A stretch of 64,000 bases of DNA from Alphaproteobacteria bacterium. GTDB taxonomy: Bacteria > Pseudomonadota > Alphaproteobacteria > SHVV01. Of this stretch, positions 1 through 10,017 are shown piece after piece. Every line of letters begins with the position of its first letter. The first letter of the stretch is position 1. Below the pieces are notes generated by a model, which worked only from the letters and a program-made list of their open reading frames with translations, had not been told where the DNA came from and did not search any database. Position numbers and translations under genes: made by a program. The stretch is from the NCBI GenBank assembly GCA_965261735.1, contig OZ253470.1, positions 2,656,001 through 2,720,000 of the forward strand, given 5' to 3'.

Positions 1-434
1 CCTTGGCGAGCGCAAGGTCGCCCTTCGACAGCTTGGTGCCTCCGCTGTTAACGCGGTTGAAGATGTCGATCACGACGTCGATCGTCTTGTCCTCGCCCGT
101 CACCTCGTCGATGTGGAGGTCGATGTCCTTGATGTTGTCCAGGCGGTTGAGGCGGGTCAGGAACTCGCCGATGCGGTCCCGGTAGGCCGGGTCCGTAACG
201 AAGCGCTGGACCACGGCGGCGGCGCCCTCTTGCAGCAGCTCGGTGACGTCGATCCAGAGCGGATCGTCGCCCATCTTGAGCGGCTGGTAGAAGGCGAAGG
301 TCTCCTCGCCGAGGTGAAAGCGGAGGTCGGTAAACGCGCGCGCTGCTGGCCGTCGAGCAGCAGCTTGACCGTGCGTGGCCTTCGAAGAAGGCGGGCGCAT
401 GGCCGCGCACCAGGCCATAGAGCGAGGTGATGCG
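1..434 (-). pseudogene. DUF262 (GmrSD N-terminal-like) protein fragment with internally permuted segments; runs off the window start
   Basis: Minus-strand translation gives LLLDGQQR, RITSLYGLVRGHAPAFFEGH and AFTDLRFHL...IDIFNRVNSGGTKLSKGDLALAK (DGQQR and F.R.N..G..L motifs of DUF262). The pieces are in different frames and the N-terminus is missing. Confidence 0.75.
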
Positions 435-589
435 ATCGCCCGCAACACTCTGAGCCACACGGCGCGGCCATTGATATCGCCCTTATCCAGCAACTCATCG
501 GCCAACATGGCGGCGTGGATCGGCGCATCCTCGCCGTGCTGGTCGATGAGGAGCTTAGCCGAGCGCCAAACATCGATATTACTGGTCAC
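435..589 (-). pseudogene. small hypothetical protein, 3'-truncated (VTSNIDVWRSAKLLIDQHGEDAPIHAAMLADELLDKGDINGRAVWLRVLRAI)
   Basis: GTG at 589 overlaps the end of the upstream HNH ORF. Resembles a small alphaproteobacterial hypothetical family as I recall it. Joined to the DUF262 fragment. Confidence 0.5.
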
Positions 590-890
590 AGTTGCTCAGC
601 ACCGTTCGGATCGCGTCAGCCTCGGCCTGGTCCATGGAGAGCTGCCACGCCTTCTTCACTTCGATCCAGGCCACGACGTAGGCACAATGGAACGCTTCGT
701 TCGGCGGTAGCCATTCCGCGGGGTCTTTGTCGCCTTTCGATTGGTTCGTGCTGTCATCAACGGCATTCAGGTGGCCGGGGTTATCGAGGTCGTTGGCATA
801 CCGCCGACGCTTGTCGTTGTCCCAGGCGTGGGCGCCGCTCTGGTGAGCTTCCTTGAGCGGGACGGGATGGTCGATATCGACGTCGCCGGG
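579..890 (-). pseudogene. HNH endonuclease family (DUF1524-like) C-terminal fragment
   Basis: DIDHPVPLKEAHQSGA..W...RR.YANDL...L.AVD.STNQSKGDKDPAEWLPP...C.Y...W..VK; N-terminal part absent. Confidence 0.75.
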
Positions 891-1226
891 CTTCGACCGC
901 GACCACGCTGATGCCGGGCTTGAGTTTCTGCGCGAGTTCGCAAGAACCGACATGGACCTCGACCTCGTGGTCCGTACGGTGCGTGATGCTGCCGAAGTGA
1001 ATTGGTGGATGTTCGACGACATTCACAAGCGCATCGAAGGCATCCGATAGACTGCGCAAGATACTCCAGGTGGGAGTCTTTCTACACCCCACGCGCAGCT
1101 ATCCGCCCCTCCGCTGCCTGAATGCCTCCGCCGTGCCAACCTCCGCGAAGTAGAACCGGGCCAAATGGCTCGGAAGAGAAGGTGGTCGGTGCTCGGTGTG
1201 GCCGTGCTCGGCCCAGTCCCCAGCTT

Positions 1227-2336
1227 CTAGTGGATTGATTCCAACGTTTGGAACCCTCTGTTTCGTGCGGCGATGATATGATCGGGGTCGGCTTTCCAGA
1301 TGAAGGGTTTTGGGTTTGCGTCATTGTATTCGCGGACAAATCGGTTGATGGCGTCCTGAAGGTCGACGACGGATTGGAAGACGCCGTATTTGAGCCTGCG
1401 CCGCGTTAGTTTGGCGAAGAAGCCCTCGACGGCATTGAGCCACGAGCACGAGGTTGGCGTGAAGTGGAAGGTCCAGCGTGGATGGCGGGCGAGCCAGGCG
1501 CGGACCTTGTCCTTCTTGTGCGCGGCGTAGTTGTCGAGGATGACGTGGACGGCCTTGTCCGTCGGCACCTCGCGCTCGATGCGGTTGAGGAAGCGGATGA
1601 ACTCCTGATGGCGGTGGCGCTGCATGTTCTGTGCGATGACCGTACCGTCCAGCACGTTGAGCGCGGCGAACAGCGTCGTCGTGCCATGCCGTTTGTAATC
1701 ATAGGTCATCGTACCGGCGCGGCCCTTCTTCATCGGCAAGCCGGGTTGGGTGCGGTCGAGCGCCTGGATCTGTGATTTCTCATCAACCGACAGCACCACG
1801 GCATGGGCCGGCGGATCGACATACAAGCCGACGATATCTGTGAGCTTCTCGGCGAAGGCGGGATCATTGGAGAGCTTGAAGTGCCGCCAGCGGTGCGGGC
1901 TGAGGCCATGGGCCTTCCAGATCGCTTGGACCGTCGACGCCGCGACGCCAGCAACCTTCGCCATCGCGCGCAGCGTCCAGTGGGTCGCCTCGTGCGGCGG
2001 CGCTTGCTGGGTCAGGCGGACGATCTCGGCGACGCGCTCCGGCGGGATCGGCGCTTTGCCAGGCGGACGGGACCTGTCGCGAAGCAAGCCGTTGACACCC
2101 TCGTGCATGAACCGCTCCTGCCAGCGCCAGACACAGGTCTTGGACTTGCCGGTCTCGGCCATGATCGACGAGTTCCCGAGCCCCTCGTCGCTCTTCAGGA
2201 TGATCCGCGCCCGCCAGACATGTTTCTGCGAGCTCTTCGGGTCCGCGACGATAGCTTGCAATCGCTGACGGTCGCCAGACGTGACAGTAAAATGGATGCC
2301 GGTGCGCATAGCACAGACTCGCATGACACCGCACAA
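1227..2336 (-). CDS. IS630-family transposase
   Basis: HTH N-terminus; DEKSQIQALDR, DYKRHGTTTLFAAL, DNYAAHK and SWLNAVEGFF DDE motifs. The stop codon is completed by the TA target; the start may be the ATG at 2309. Confidence 0.95.
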   Translation of the reverse strand: MCGVMRVCAMRTGIHFTVTSGDRQRLQAIVADPKSSQKHVWRARIILKSDEGLGNSSIMAETGKSKTCVWRWQERFMHEGVNGLLRDRSRPPGKAPIPPERVAEIVRLTQQAPPHEATHWTLRAMAKVAGVAASTVQAIWKAHGLSPHRWRHFKLSNDPAFAEKLTDIVGLYVDPPAHAVVLSVDEKSQIQALDRTQPGLPMKKGRAGTMTYDYKRHGTTTLFAALNVLDGTVIAQNMQRHRHQEFIRFLNRIEREVPTDKAVHVILDNYAAHKKDKVRAWLARHPRWTFHFTPTSCSWLNAVEGFFAKLTRRRLKYGVFQSVVDLQDAINRFVREYNDANPKPFIWKADPDHIIAARNRGFQTLESIH

Positions 2337-2378
2337 TACGGAATCTCAAATCGGACTCTTTCGTTCCGATCAATCCAC
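1230..2378 (-). mobile_element. IS630-family insertion sequence, copy 1 (1149 bp)
   Basis: Terminal inverted repeats GTGGATTGAT/ATCAATCCAC; TA duplication at 1228-1229 and 2379-2380 in CTAG context. Confidence 0.95.
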
Positions 2379-2639
2379 TAGCGTCTCACGGCACCAAGTG
2401 AGCATGGCATCAAGGCGACGGCCCAGGCCGTCGGGTGGTACCAGTACATCAACGTGGTGCAGGAGGCGCCTTTCGTCCGCTTCCTTACTCAAAAGGCTCT
2501 TGTATCGGCCTCCCCTGCTCATGGGAACAATTTAGGAACATAGAGGGCCCCTGGGAAGGCCATAGAAGGGTCTAGAATTACAATCTTGGGGTGGCGTGGT
2601 GCCCTCTTTGCCGTACTCGACATGCGCGACGAGTGTCGT

Positions 2640-2820
2640 GGTACGACATCTCCGGCAGCGCGCATTGGGTGAACAAGGCCGACATCGGGGTTGTCGTGCA
2701 TCGCAACCCGAGCGTGATGCCGCCAAAGACGGAAATCCACGTGCGCAAGGTCCGGTTCAAGTCGGGCGGCCAATCGGTTCCGTGACGCTGCGGTACGACC
2801 GCTTGACGGCGAGTTCGTGC
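2640..2820 (+). pseudogene. T7 gp4/Twinkle-like primase-helicase C-terminal fragment (frameshifted)
   Basis: YDISGSAHWVNKADIGVVVHR...EIHVRKVRFK, then IGSVTLRYDR in another frame. Confidence 0.65.
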
Positions 2821-2879
2821 CGCCTTGGGACTGGCGCCGAGGGGACCGCCTCTCGCTGCCGGCCCGGCTCAAGAACTGA

Positions 2880-3965
<1,086 letters not shown>

Positions 3966-4187
3966 CTACTTCAGCCTGCCGTAGCGCTTGGCGAGTCCTT
4001 CGCGAACCAGGCGCTCGATGGCGCCACCGACGAGATCGAATTCGACCTGCCCGGCGGGAAAGAAGACGTGCTCGGTGGCGCCGTCCTCGCCGAATGTGAC
4101 GATGCCGTGTCCCTCCGGCAGATCGACGACGGCACCGCCGACGGTGGCAGCCTTGGCGGTCTCGAAATAGTAGTTCCACCTCTTCAT
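3966..4187 (-). CDS. hypothetical protein (73 aa) directly upstream of mreB
   Basis: ATG at 4187 (MKRWNYYFETAK...), GC3-biased codons, ends 39 bp before mreB. Confidence 0.55.
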   Translation of the reverse strand: MKRWNYYFETAKAATVGGAVVDLPEGHGIVTFGEDGATEHVFFPAGQVEFDLVGGAIERLVREGLAKRYGRLK

Positions 4188-4709
4188 GGGCGGCCCTTGC
4201 GCTGGTTCGCTCAGCCTCAACCTTGACACAAATATCCAGCACCTGACCACCGGCGCCGTAGCCGGGTCAGTAGGCCAGCGAGGCGTGTCCAGAGCGTTCG
4301 CATGGGCCCAGCGTAGCGCCCTCACGAGGGCCTGCCAACGGGACACTGCACGGCGCGTCGAGCTTGCCGCACAATCGTGACGGGACTGAAAATCGATTGA
4401 CGTCCGCCGCGAGGCCGATTTCGGGATCTTCGGGCTCTCGGGCGCCAGCTACGACCGCCTGAGAAGCCCGATAGCGCGTTTCTCGGGGGCGGCCGGTAGG
4501 ATTTTTGCCCTGAGAAACCGCGCAACATTCTTTCAACACCCCGCGTGGCCCGCTGGGCGCTTTTCCTTGGCGCTGACGTGGCGTACTGTCGGCGCTGGCG
4601 ATACATCCACCGCTGTTCACACTTTGAGCTGGCCGCGCGCATAGTTTCGGGCACATCACACCCCATGACGGCACCTCGTCCTACGACAACGCCAGGGGGG
4701 GTGCGCGCT

Positions 4710-5477
4710 ATGCCGATCAGGCGGATTTTGATTGAAAATATTCGGTACAAGCGTCGATTGCGCGAGGTCAACAACGAGCGGGTTTTAGCTCTCGCGAACA
4801 GTATAGATGCTATCGATCTCCAAGTTCCTGTCACGGTTTATAAGGAGGAGGACGGAGAATATGTGCTCGTCGCTGGACTTCACCGTTTAAAAGCGGCTCA
4901 GCGGCTTGGGTGGGATTATGTCAGCGCGGAAATCACGTCTTTAGATGAGCTGGACCGCAAACTCTGGGGAATTGACGAGAATCTTTGCCGCGCCGAATTA
5001 ACCGCGCTGGAACGAGCCCAGCATTTGCAACTCCGGCAAGAAATCTGGTCGGCGAGGCGGAGTTCCGGGCAGACTTCGCCCGAAACTGCCCCCGGCGTAG
5101 GGCGACCGAAAGGCTTCGCCACGACGACCGAGCAGGCAACGGGCATCCCGAAGCGCACGATCAACCAAGACATTCGCCGAGCAGATGAAATCCTAGCGGA
5201 TTTCCAAAGTCGCATCGCCGACACAAGGATAGCCGAATCTGGGGTAGAGCTGGAAGCGCTCGCGTCGGCTCGGCCTGAGCAGCAGCGGGAGGCAGTTCAG
5301 AAAGTCCTGAGCAGCGAAGCCGAGACGGTGCGCGAAATCATCGTGAGCCCGGACAATATTATTGACGACAAAAATGCAGATCGGGATCTCAAGAACCTGC
5401 GGAAAGCTTGGGACCAAGCCAGCCCAACCGCCCGATTGCGCTTCCTCCAAACGCTGTACGATGAGAGCCACATATAG
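4710..5477 (+). CDS. ParB N-terminal domain protein (phage/plasmid-type ParB-like)
   Basis: LANSI...L..PVTV, YVLVAGLHRLKAAQRLGW, DENLCRAELTALERA; likely start ATG 4710. Confidence 0.8.
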   Translation: MPIRRILIENIRYKRRLREVNNERVLALANSIDAIDLQVPVTVYKEEDGEYVLVAGLHRLKAAQRLGWDYVSAEITSLDELDRKLWGIDENLCRAELTALERAQHLQLRQEIWSARRSSGQTSPETAPGVGRPKGFATTTEQATGIPKRTINQDIRRADEILADFQSRIADTRIAESGVELEALASARPEQQREAVQKVLSSEAETVREIIVSPDNIIDDKNADRDLKNLRKAWDQASPTARLRFLQTLYDESHI

Positions 5478-5970
5478 AAATTCTCGTCAGGCTGACGGCT
5501 GTTTTTTCTCGTACGCTTGCTGTGCCTTGTTGGGTTCGCTAAATGCTCTTGGTCAGGCGGGGCCACGGTCTTGATTCGCGCCAGCAGCGGGGGCTGCGAT
5601 TTGATTCGCACTCTCGTCGGGAGCGCTAGCGCGCTGACAGGCGAGGCCGCCGTAGCGGGTCCGCAAGATCCGGGCCGGCCCACTTCGAGCCCCGGAGCTT
5701 GCGCAAAGATGGCGAGATGGAGGTCCGCGGTCGACGCCTGTTCGCGGACGAGGGCGTAGCTCCCGTCCGCCGCCGCTAGCAGGGCCAGTTCACCGCCCGG
5801 AGCGACAGGCGCTCTTCCTGATCGATTCCGATTCACGCGGCCTGCTCCTGCAGGTAGTCGAATAAGATCGGGCCATCGCTCAGATAGAGGACCAGCATCC
5901 CTGCGGGGCGGGTCTTGGGCCAGGCGCAATGGTGGCCACTAATCCTCTCCTCAACTGCGGCTCGGCGTTT

Positions 5971-6795
5971 TCAGCTCCCGAGAAAACCGCGCAGCGTCGC
6001 CACAAATTTCTCCGGGTGCTCGATTTCCGGGAGGTGGCCGCAGTTCTCGAACGCTACCAGCTTGGCGCCCTCGATGCGCTGGTGGTTGGCCTCGATGATC
6101 TCGATCGACGCACGGATGTCCTGGCGCCCGCACAGGAATAGGGTCGGGATCTTGATTCGGTCCGGGCGGATGCGGACAGCGTCGTCGTCCGCGTGCGCGA
6201 TGAAGTTCTCGCCGAGCTCGGTGTAGGCCTCGAGCCGATCCGGCTGGGCGTAGATCGTGACCTGTATCAGGGCGATGTCGGCCGGCGAACTCTTCCGATC
6301 GAAGCAGATGTTCGCCATGCGGTCGATGCAGGATTGCCAGGTGACGTTGGTCATCGCCCTGGTGCCGTTCGCCATCGTCGCGCGGACGCCGCCGGGATCG
6401 AGCGTGCCGGTGTCCGAGACCGGCGTGTGGAGGCCGTCGATCACGAGCCTGGTGACTTGTTGGGGTCGCTCGAAGTAGAGCAGAGGCGCCAGGACGCCGC
6501 CGAGCGAGCTTCCCACCGCGGCGCCTTTCTCGATCCCGACCGCATCCATGAACCTAGCCAGATGCCGCGCCATGAACAGAGGAGCGGCCTCCTCACCAGG
6601 ATCGACCCAGTCGGTGAAGCCGTGGCCGAGGATGTCGGGCGCGAAGACCGCGTATCGCTCGGCCAGCGGATCGAGGACCTTGGCCCAGGCGTCGGCGCTG
6701 AGGCCAAAACCGTGGATTAGCAACAGCCCCTCGCCGCTACCGTCGTGGAGATATCGGGTGCGGATGCCGTCGATGTCGACGAATGAGACCTTCAC
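5971..6795 (-). CDS. alpha/beta fold hydrolase
   Basis: IHGFG, PDILGHG, GSSLGG nucleophile elbow, CGHLPEIE; RBS AGAGGAG before GTG. Confidence 0.9.
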   Translation of the reverse strand: MKVSFVDIDGIRTRYLHDGSGEGLLLIHGFGLSADAWAKVLDPLAERYAVFAPDILGHGFTDWVDPGEEAAPLFMARHLARFMDAVGIEKGAAVGSSLGGVLAPLLYFERPQQVTRLVIDGLHTPVSDTGTLDPGGVRATMANGTRAMTNVTWQSCIDRMANICFDRKSSPADIALIQVTIYAQPDRLEAYTELGENFIAHADDDAVRIRPDRIKIPTLFLCGRQDIRASIEIIEANHQRIEGAKLVAFENCGHLPEIEHPEKFVATLRGFLGS

Positions 6796-6909
6796 GATGG
6801 CGCTCCTCTTATCAGTAAGCGCTTCGAAGCCGTTAGAGGCAATGCTTCAATCGTTAGCACGAAAGTGTAAGAATCTGCGACTCCATCACCGGGCCCGCGA
6901 CCACGCAAC

Positions 6910-7939
6910 CTTGGCTATCCGGTTTACACCCACACCCACTAGGGCTAGAATGGGCGCAACCCGGATATAGGGGAGCGCGCCATGGATGTTCTCGACCGCG
7001 CCGATCTCCCATTCCCGCATTCGCTACCCGAGTTCCAGCGACTTTTCCCCGATGATGCGGCCTGCGCCGCCTACCTGGAGAAAGCCCGCTGGGGAGACGG
7101 CTTTGCCTGCCCGCACTGCGGCACGGCGGGAGAGCCGTTCCACTTTGAAAACCGCCCTGGCGTCCTGCGCTGCCGCAAGTGCCGCCAGAACACCGGGCTG
7201 ACGGTGGGAACAGTGATGGAGCGTAGCCACACTCCGCTGAACGTCTGGTTCTGGGCCGCTTATCTGGTCGCCAGTCAGACGCCCGGCATGTCCGCCGTGC
7301 AGTTTCAGCGGTAACTTGGTCTTTCGCGCTACGAGACGGCCTTTCAAATTCTCCACAAGCTCCGCTCGGGCATGGTGCGGCCCAACCAAGACAGGATCGG
7401 TGGACAGCCCAAGAACCATGTTGAGGTGGACGAAACCTGGGTTGGCGGGCGAACGCGTGGGGAAGGCCGTGGTGTTCACCACAAGGTTCCCGTCTCCTGT
7501 GCCATCGACGTCGTGCTCGACCGTAGCGCCGAGTCGCTCTGTGGGTTCGTCGAGAGCACCGTCGCGCCGCGATCGCTGATCGTTACTGACGATTGGAGCG
7601 GCTATGCTGGCCTCGGGAAGCGCGGCTATGAGCACTTCGCTGTTGCCGAGTGTGGTGATCCAGAGGTTGCCGAGCAATACCTGCCGATCATCCATCTGGT
7701 TTTCGCCAACCTGAAGACGTGGCTGATCGGTATCCACCACGGCGTTAGCCACCAGCACCTACAAGCCTACCTCAACGAGTTCACCTTCCGCTTCAACAGG
7801 CGGTTCTACCCGTTCAACGCCTTCCGCTCATTGCTCGGCATCGCGGGCGACACCTCTGCTCCAACCTATGCCGAGCTTTACTCGGGAGAGTGGCGGCACC
7901 CTACATGTAGCGGTCATGGGCGTTAACCGGATAGGCAAG
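6910..7939 (+). mobile_element. IS1595-family element copy 1 (defective, 1030 bp)
   Basis: Ends CTTGGCTATCCGGTT / AACCGGATAGGCAAG; near-identical to 10018-11122 except for a 75-bp deletion. Confidence 0.9.
6982..7926 (+). pseudogene. IS1595-family (ISXO2-like DDE) transposase pseudogene
   Basis: CAA>TAA nonsense at 7312-7314 and an in-frame 25-codon deletion (CAIDVVLDR vs CAIEVRHRK...RLAVVLDR in copy 2). Confidence 0.9.
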
Positions 7940-8530
7940 GTTCGTTCGTTTCCGCAAGCTACCCAGTGGTGGGTTCCGCCCAATAGCCGCGGCTTTGGGT
8001 GCGGCCTTCATCGCCTGCCGCAACCCGTGGAATAGGATCCCCTGCCGGGGCCATTGCCAAGCAAAGCCGCGTTGTCGGTGGCGGGTCGGTGAAGACGAAA
8101 AGCTCGAGCCCTACCGGCTTAAGGTCGTGCTGGTCGAGAACCGGCGGGTCAATGGCAGGGTGAAGCAAGAGACCATCGCCGTCCTCGGCAGCATAGAGGC
8201 GACCTGGCTCCCGGAATTCTGGGAGGGGATCGATCGAGAGGTCGCCGCCAACCTCAAAGCCGAGAAATGGGAGCTTTACTCGCTCAGGGAGCGTATCTCT
8301 TTCTGGAAGATCGCGAATCGCCGGCTGAAGCAGTTGACCAACAGACTAGGCCCCGACGTCAAACGTATCAGGATGGCGGCTCATGCCCGCGTACCCTGGC
8401 CGATGGAGGCCGGGGTGAAGCGGCTGGTACTTATGGAGACGAAAGAAGACTTGGATTTTTGGCGTCGCCACATGGGGTGGAGGCATAAGCAGAATGCGAG
8501 CCATAAGAAGATCATCGAACGCGCCCGCGT
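7940..8530 (+). pseudogene. hypothetical protein whose start codon is cut off by the IS1595 end
   Basis: Right after the IS the frame reads G|TTC GTT CGT TTC CGC AAG = (M)FVRFRK..., continuing into RLKVVLVENRRVNGRVKQETIAVLGSI. The 3' end is uncertain. Confidence 0.55.
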
Positions 8531-8723
8531 AAACCCACGAAGGCGCGCGGAACGGCGAAACAGCGTCAGGAAGAATCATAGCGGATTCCTGACCGCCCGT
8601 CAAGTGCGCCTTTCTATTGACGCAAAGGAAGGCGAATCGTACCCAGCAAGATCGGAAGAACCACCGAATTCGAAATGTCCGTGGCCGTCCTGAGATACTT
8701 GCACCATCAGCCGGATGGTGAAG

Positions 8724-9833
8724 CTAGTGGATTGATTCCAACGTTTGGAACCCTCTGTTTCGTGCGGCGATGATATGATCGGGGTCGGCTTTCCAGATGA
8801 AGGGTTTTGGGTTTGCGTCATTGTATTCGCGGACAAATCGGTTGATGGCGGCCTGAAGGTCGACGACGGATTGGAAGACGCCGTATTTGAGCCTGCGCCG
8901 CGTTAGTTTGGCGAAGAAGCCCTCGACGGCATTGAGCCACGAGCACGAGGTTGGCGTGAAGTGGAAGGTCCAGCGTGGATGGCGGGCGAGCCAGGCGCGG
9001 ACCTTGTCCTTCTTGTGCGCGGCGTAGTTGTCGAGGATGACGTGGACGGCCTTGTCCGTCGGCACCTCGCGCTCGATGCGGTTGAGGAAGCGGATGAACT
9101 CCTGATGGCGGTGGCGCTGCATGTTCTGTGCGATGACCGTACCGTCCAGCACGTTGAGCGCGGCGAACAGCGTCGTCGTGCCATGCCGTTTGTAATCATA
9201 GGTCATCGTACCGGCGCGGCCCTTCTTCATCGGCAAGCCGGGTTGGGTGCGGTCGAGCGCCTGGATCTGTGATTTCTCATCAACCGACAGCACCACGGCA
9301 TGGGCCGGCGGATCGACATACAAGCCGACGATATCTGTGAGCTTCTCGGCGAAGGCGGGATCATTGGAGAGCTTGAAGTGCCGCCAGCGGTGCGGGCTGA
9401 GGCCATGGGCCTTCCAGATCGATTGGACCGTCGACGCCGCGACGCCAGCAACCTTCGCCATCGCGCGCAGCGTCCAGTGGGTCGCCTCGTGCGGCGGCGC
9501 TTGCTGGGTCAGGCGGACGATCTCGGCGACGCGCTCCGGCGGGATCGGCGCTTTGCTAGGCGGACGGGACCTGTCGCGAAGCAAGCCGTTGACACCCTCG
9601 TGCATGAACCGCTCCTGCCAGCGCCAGACACAGGTCTTGGACTTGCCGGTCTCGGCCATGATCGACGAGTTCCCGAGCCCCTCGTCGCTCTTCAGGATGA
9701 TCCGCGCCCGCCAGACATGTTTCTGCGAGCTCTTCGGGTCCGCGACGATAGCTTGCAATCGCTGACGGTCGCCAGACGTGACAGTAAAATGGATGCCGGT
9801 GCGCATAGCACAGACTCGCATGACACCGCACAA
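8724..9833 (-). CDS. IS630-family transposase
   Basis: Differs from copy 1 at three residues (PPSK, VQSI, LQAA). Confidence 0.95.
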   Translation of the reverse strand: MCGVMRVCAMRTGIHFTVTSGDRQRLQAIVADPKSSQKHVWRARIILKSDEGLGNSSIMAETGKSKTCVWRWQERFMHEGVNGLLRDRSRPPSKAPIPPERVAEIVRLTQQAPPHEATHWTLRAMAKVAGVAASTVQSIWKAHGLSPHRWRHFKLSNDPAFAEKLTDIVGLYVDPPAHAVVLSVDEKSQIQALDRTQPGLPMKKGRAGTMTYDYKRHGTTTLFAALNVLDGTVIAQNMQRHRHQEFIRFLNRIEREVPTDKAVHVILDNYAAHKKDKVRAWLARHPRWTFHFTPTSCSWLNAVEGFFAKLTRRRLKYGVFQSVVDLQAAINRFVREYNDANPKPFIWKADPDHIIAARNRGFQTLESIH

Positions 9834-9875
9834 TACGGAATCTCAAATCGGACTCTTTCGTTCCGATCAATCCAC
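8727..9875 (-). mobile_element. IS630-family insertion sequence, copy 2 (1149 bp)
   Basis: Same terminal inverted repeats as copy 1; TA duplication at 8725-8726 and 9876-9877. Confidence 0.95.
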
Positions 9876-10017
9876 TAGCCAAGAAGAACTCAGAGCAGCC
9901 ATCTCCCATTACGTCGACTTGACGGATGGCGACATGGAAGACTCCCCTAGCCGACCCGGCGAGCAACGCTGGGAACAGATTATGCGGAACATCCAGTCAC
10001 ACCACTTAAGCCCGAAT

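Larger units (their letters stand above)
1099..2522 (-). pseudogene. 90-aa hypothetical protein interrupted by IS630 copy 1
   Basis: Removing the IS and one TA restores an open frame from ATG 2522 to TAG 1099: MSRGGRYKSLLSKEADERRLLHHVDVLVPPDGLGRRLDAMLTWCRETL|EAGDWAEHGH...ARFYFAEVGTAEAFRQRRGG. Confidence 0.7.
8645..10017 (+). pseudogene. hypothetical protein interrupted by IS630 copy 2 and truncated by IS1595 copy 2
   Basis: Frame restored across the IS: SKIGRTTEFEMSVAVLRYLHHQPDGEA|SQEELRAAISHYVDLTDGDMEDSPSRPGEQRWEQIMRNIQSHH. Confidence 0.65.

Noticed and set aside
5622-5635. 14-bp inverted match AGCGCTAGCGCGCT to 14608-14621 as element ends
   Set aside because: Short, GC-rich and near-palindromic; chance is plausible and there is no supporting TSD.
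5832-5938. Possible internally deleted small gene after the hydrolase (…GMLVLYLSDGPILFDYLQEQAA)
   Set aside because: Has an RBS and a plausible tail but is too short to assign a family
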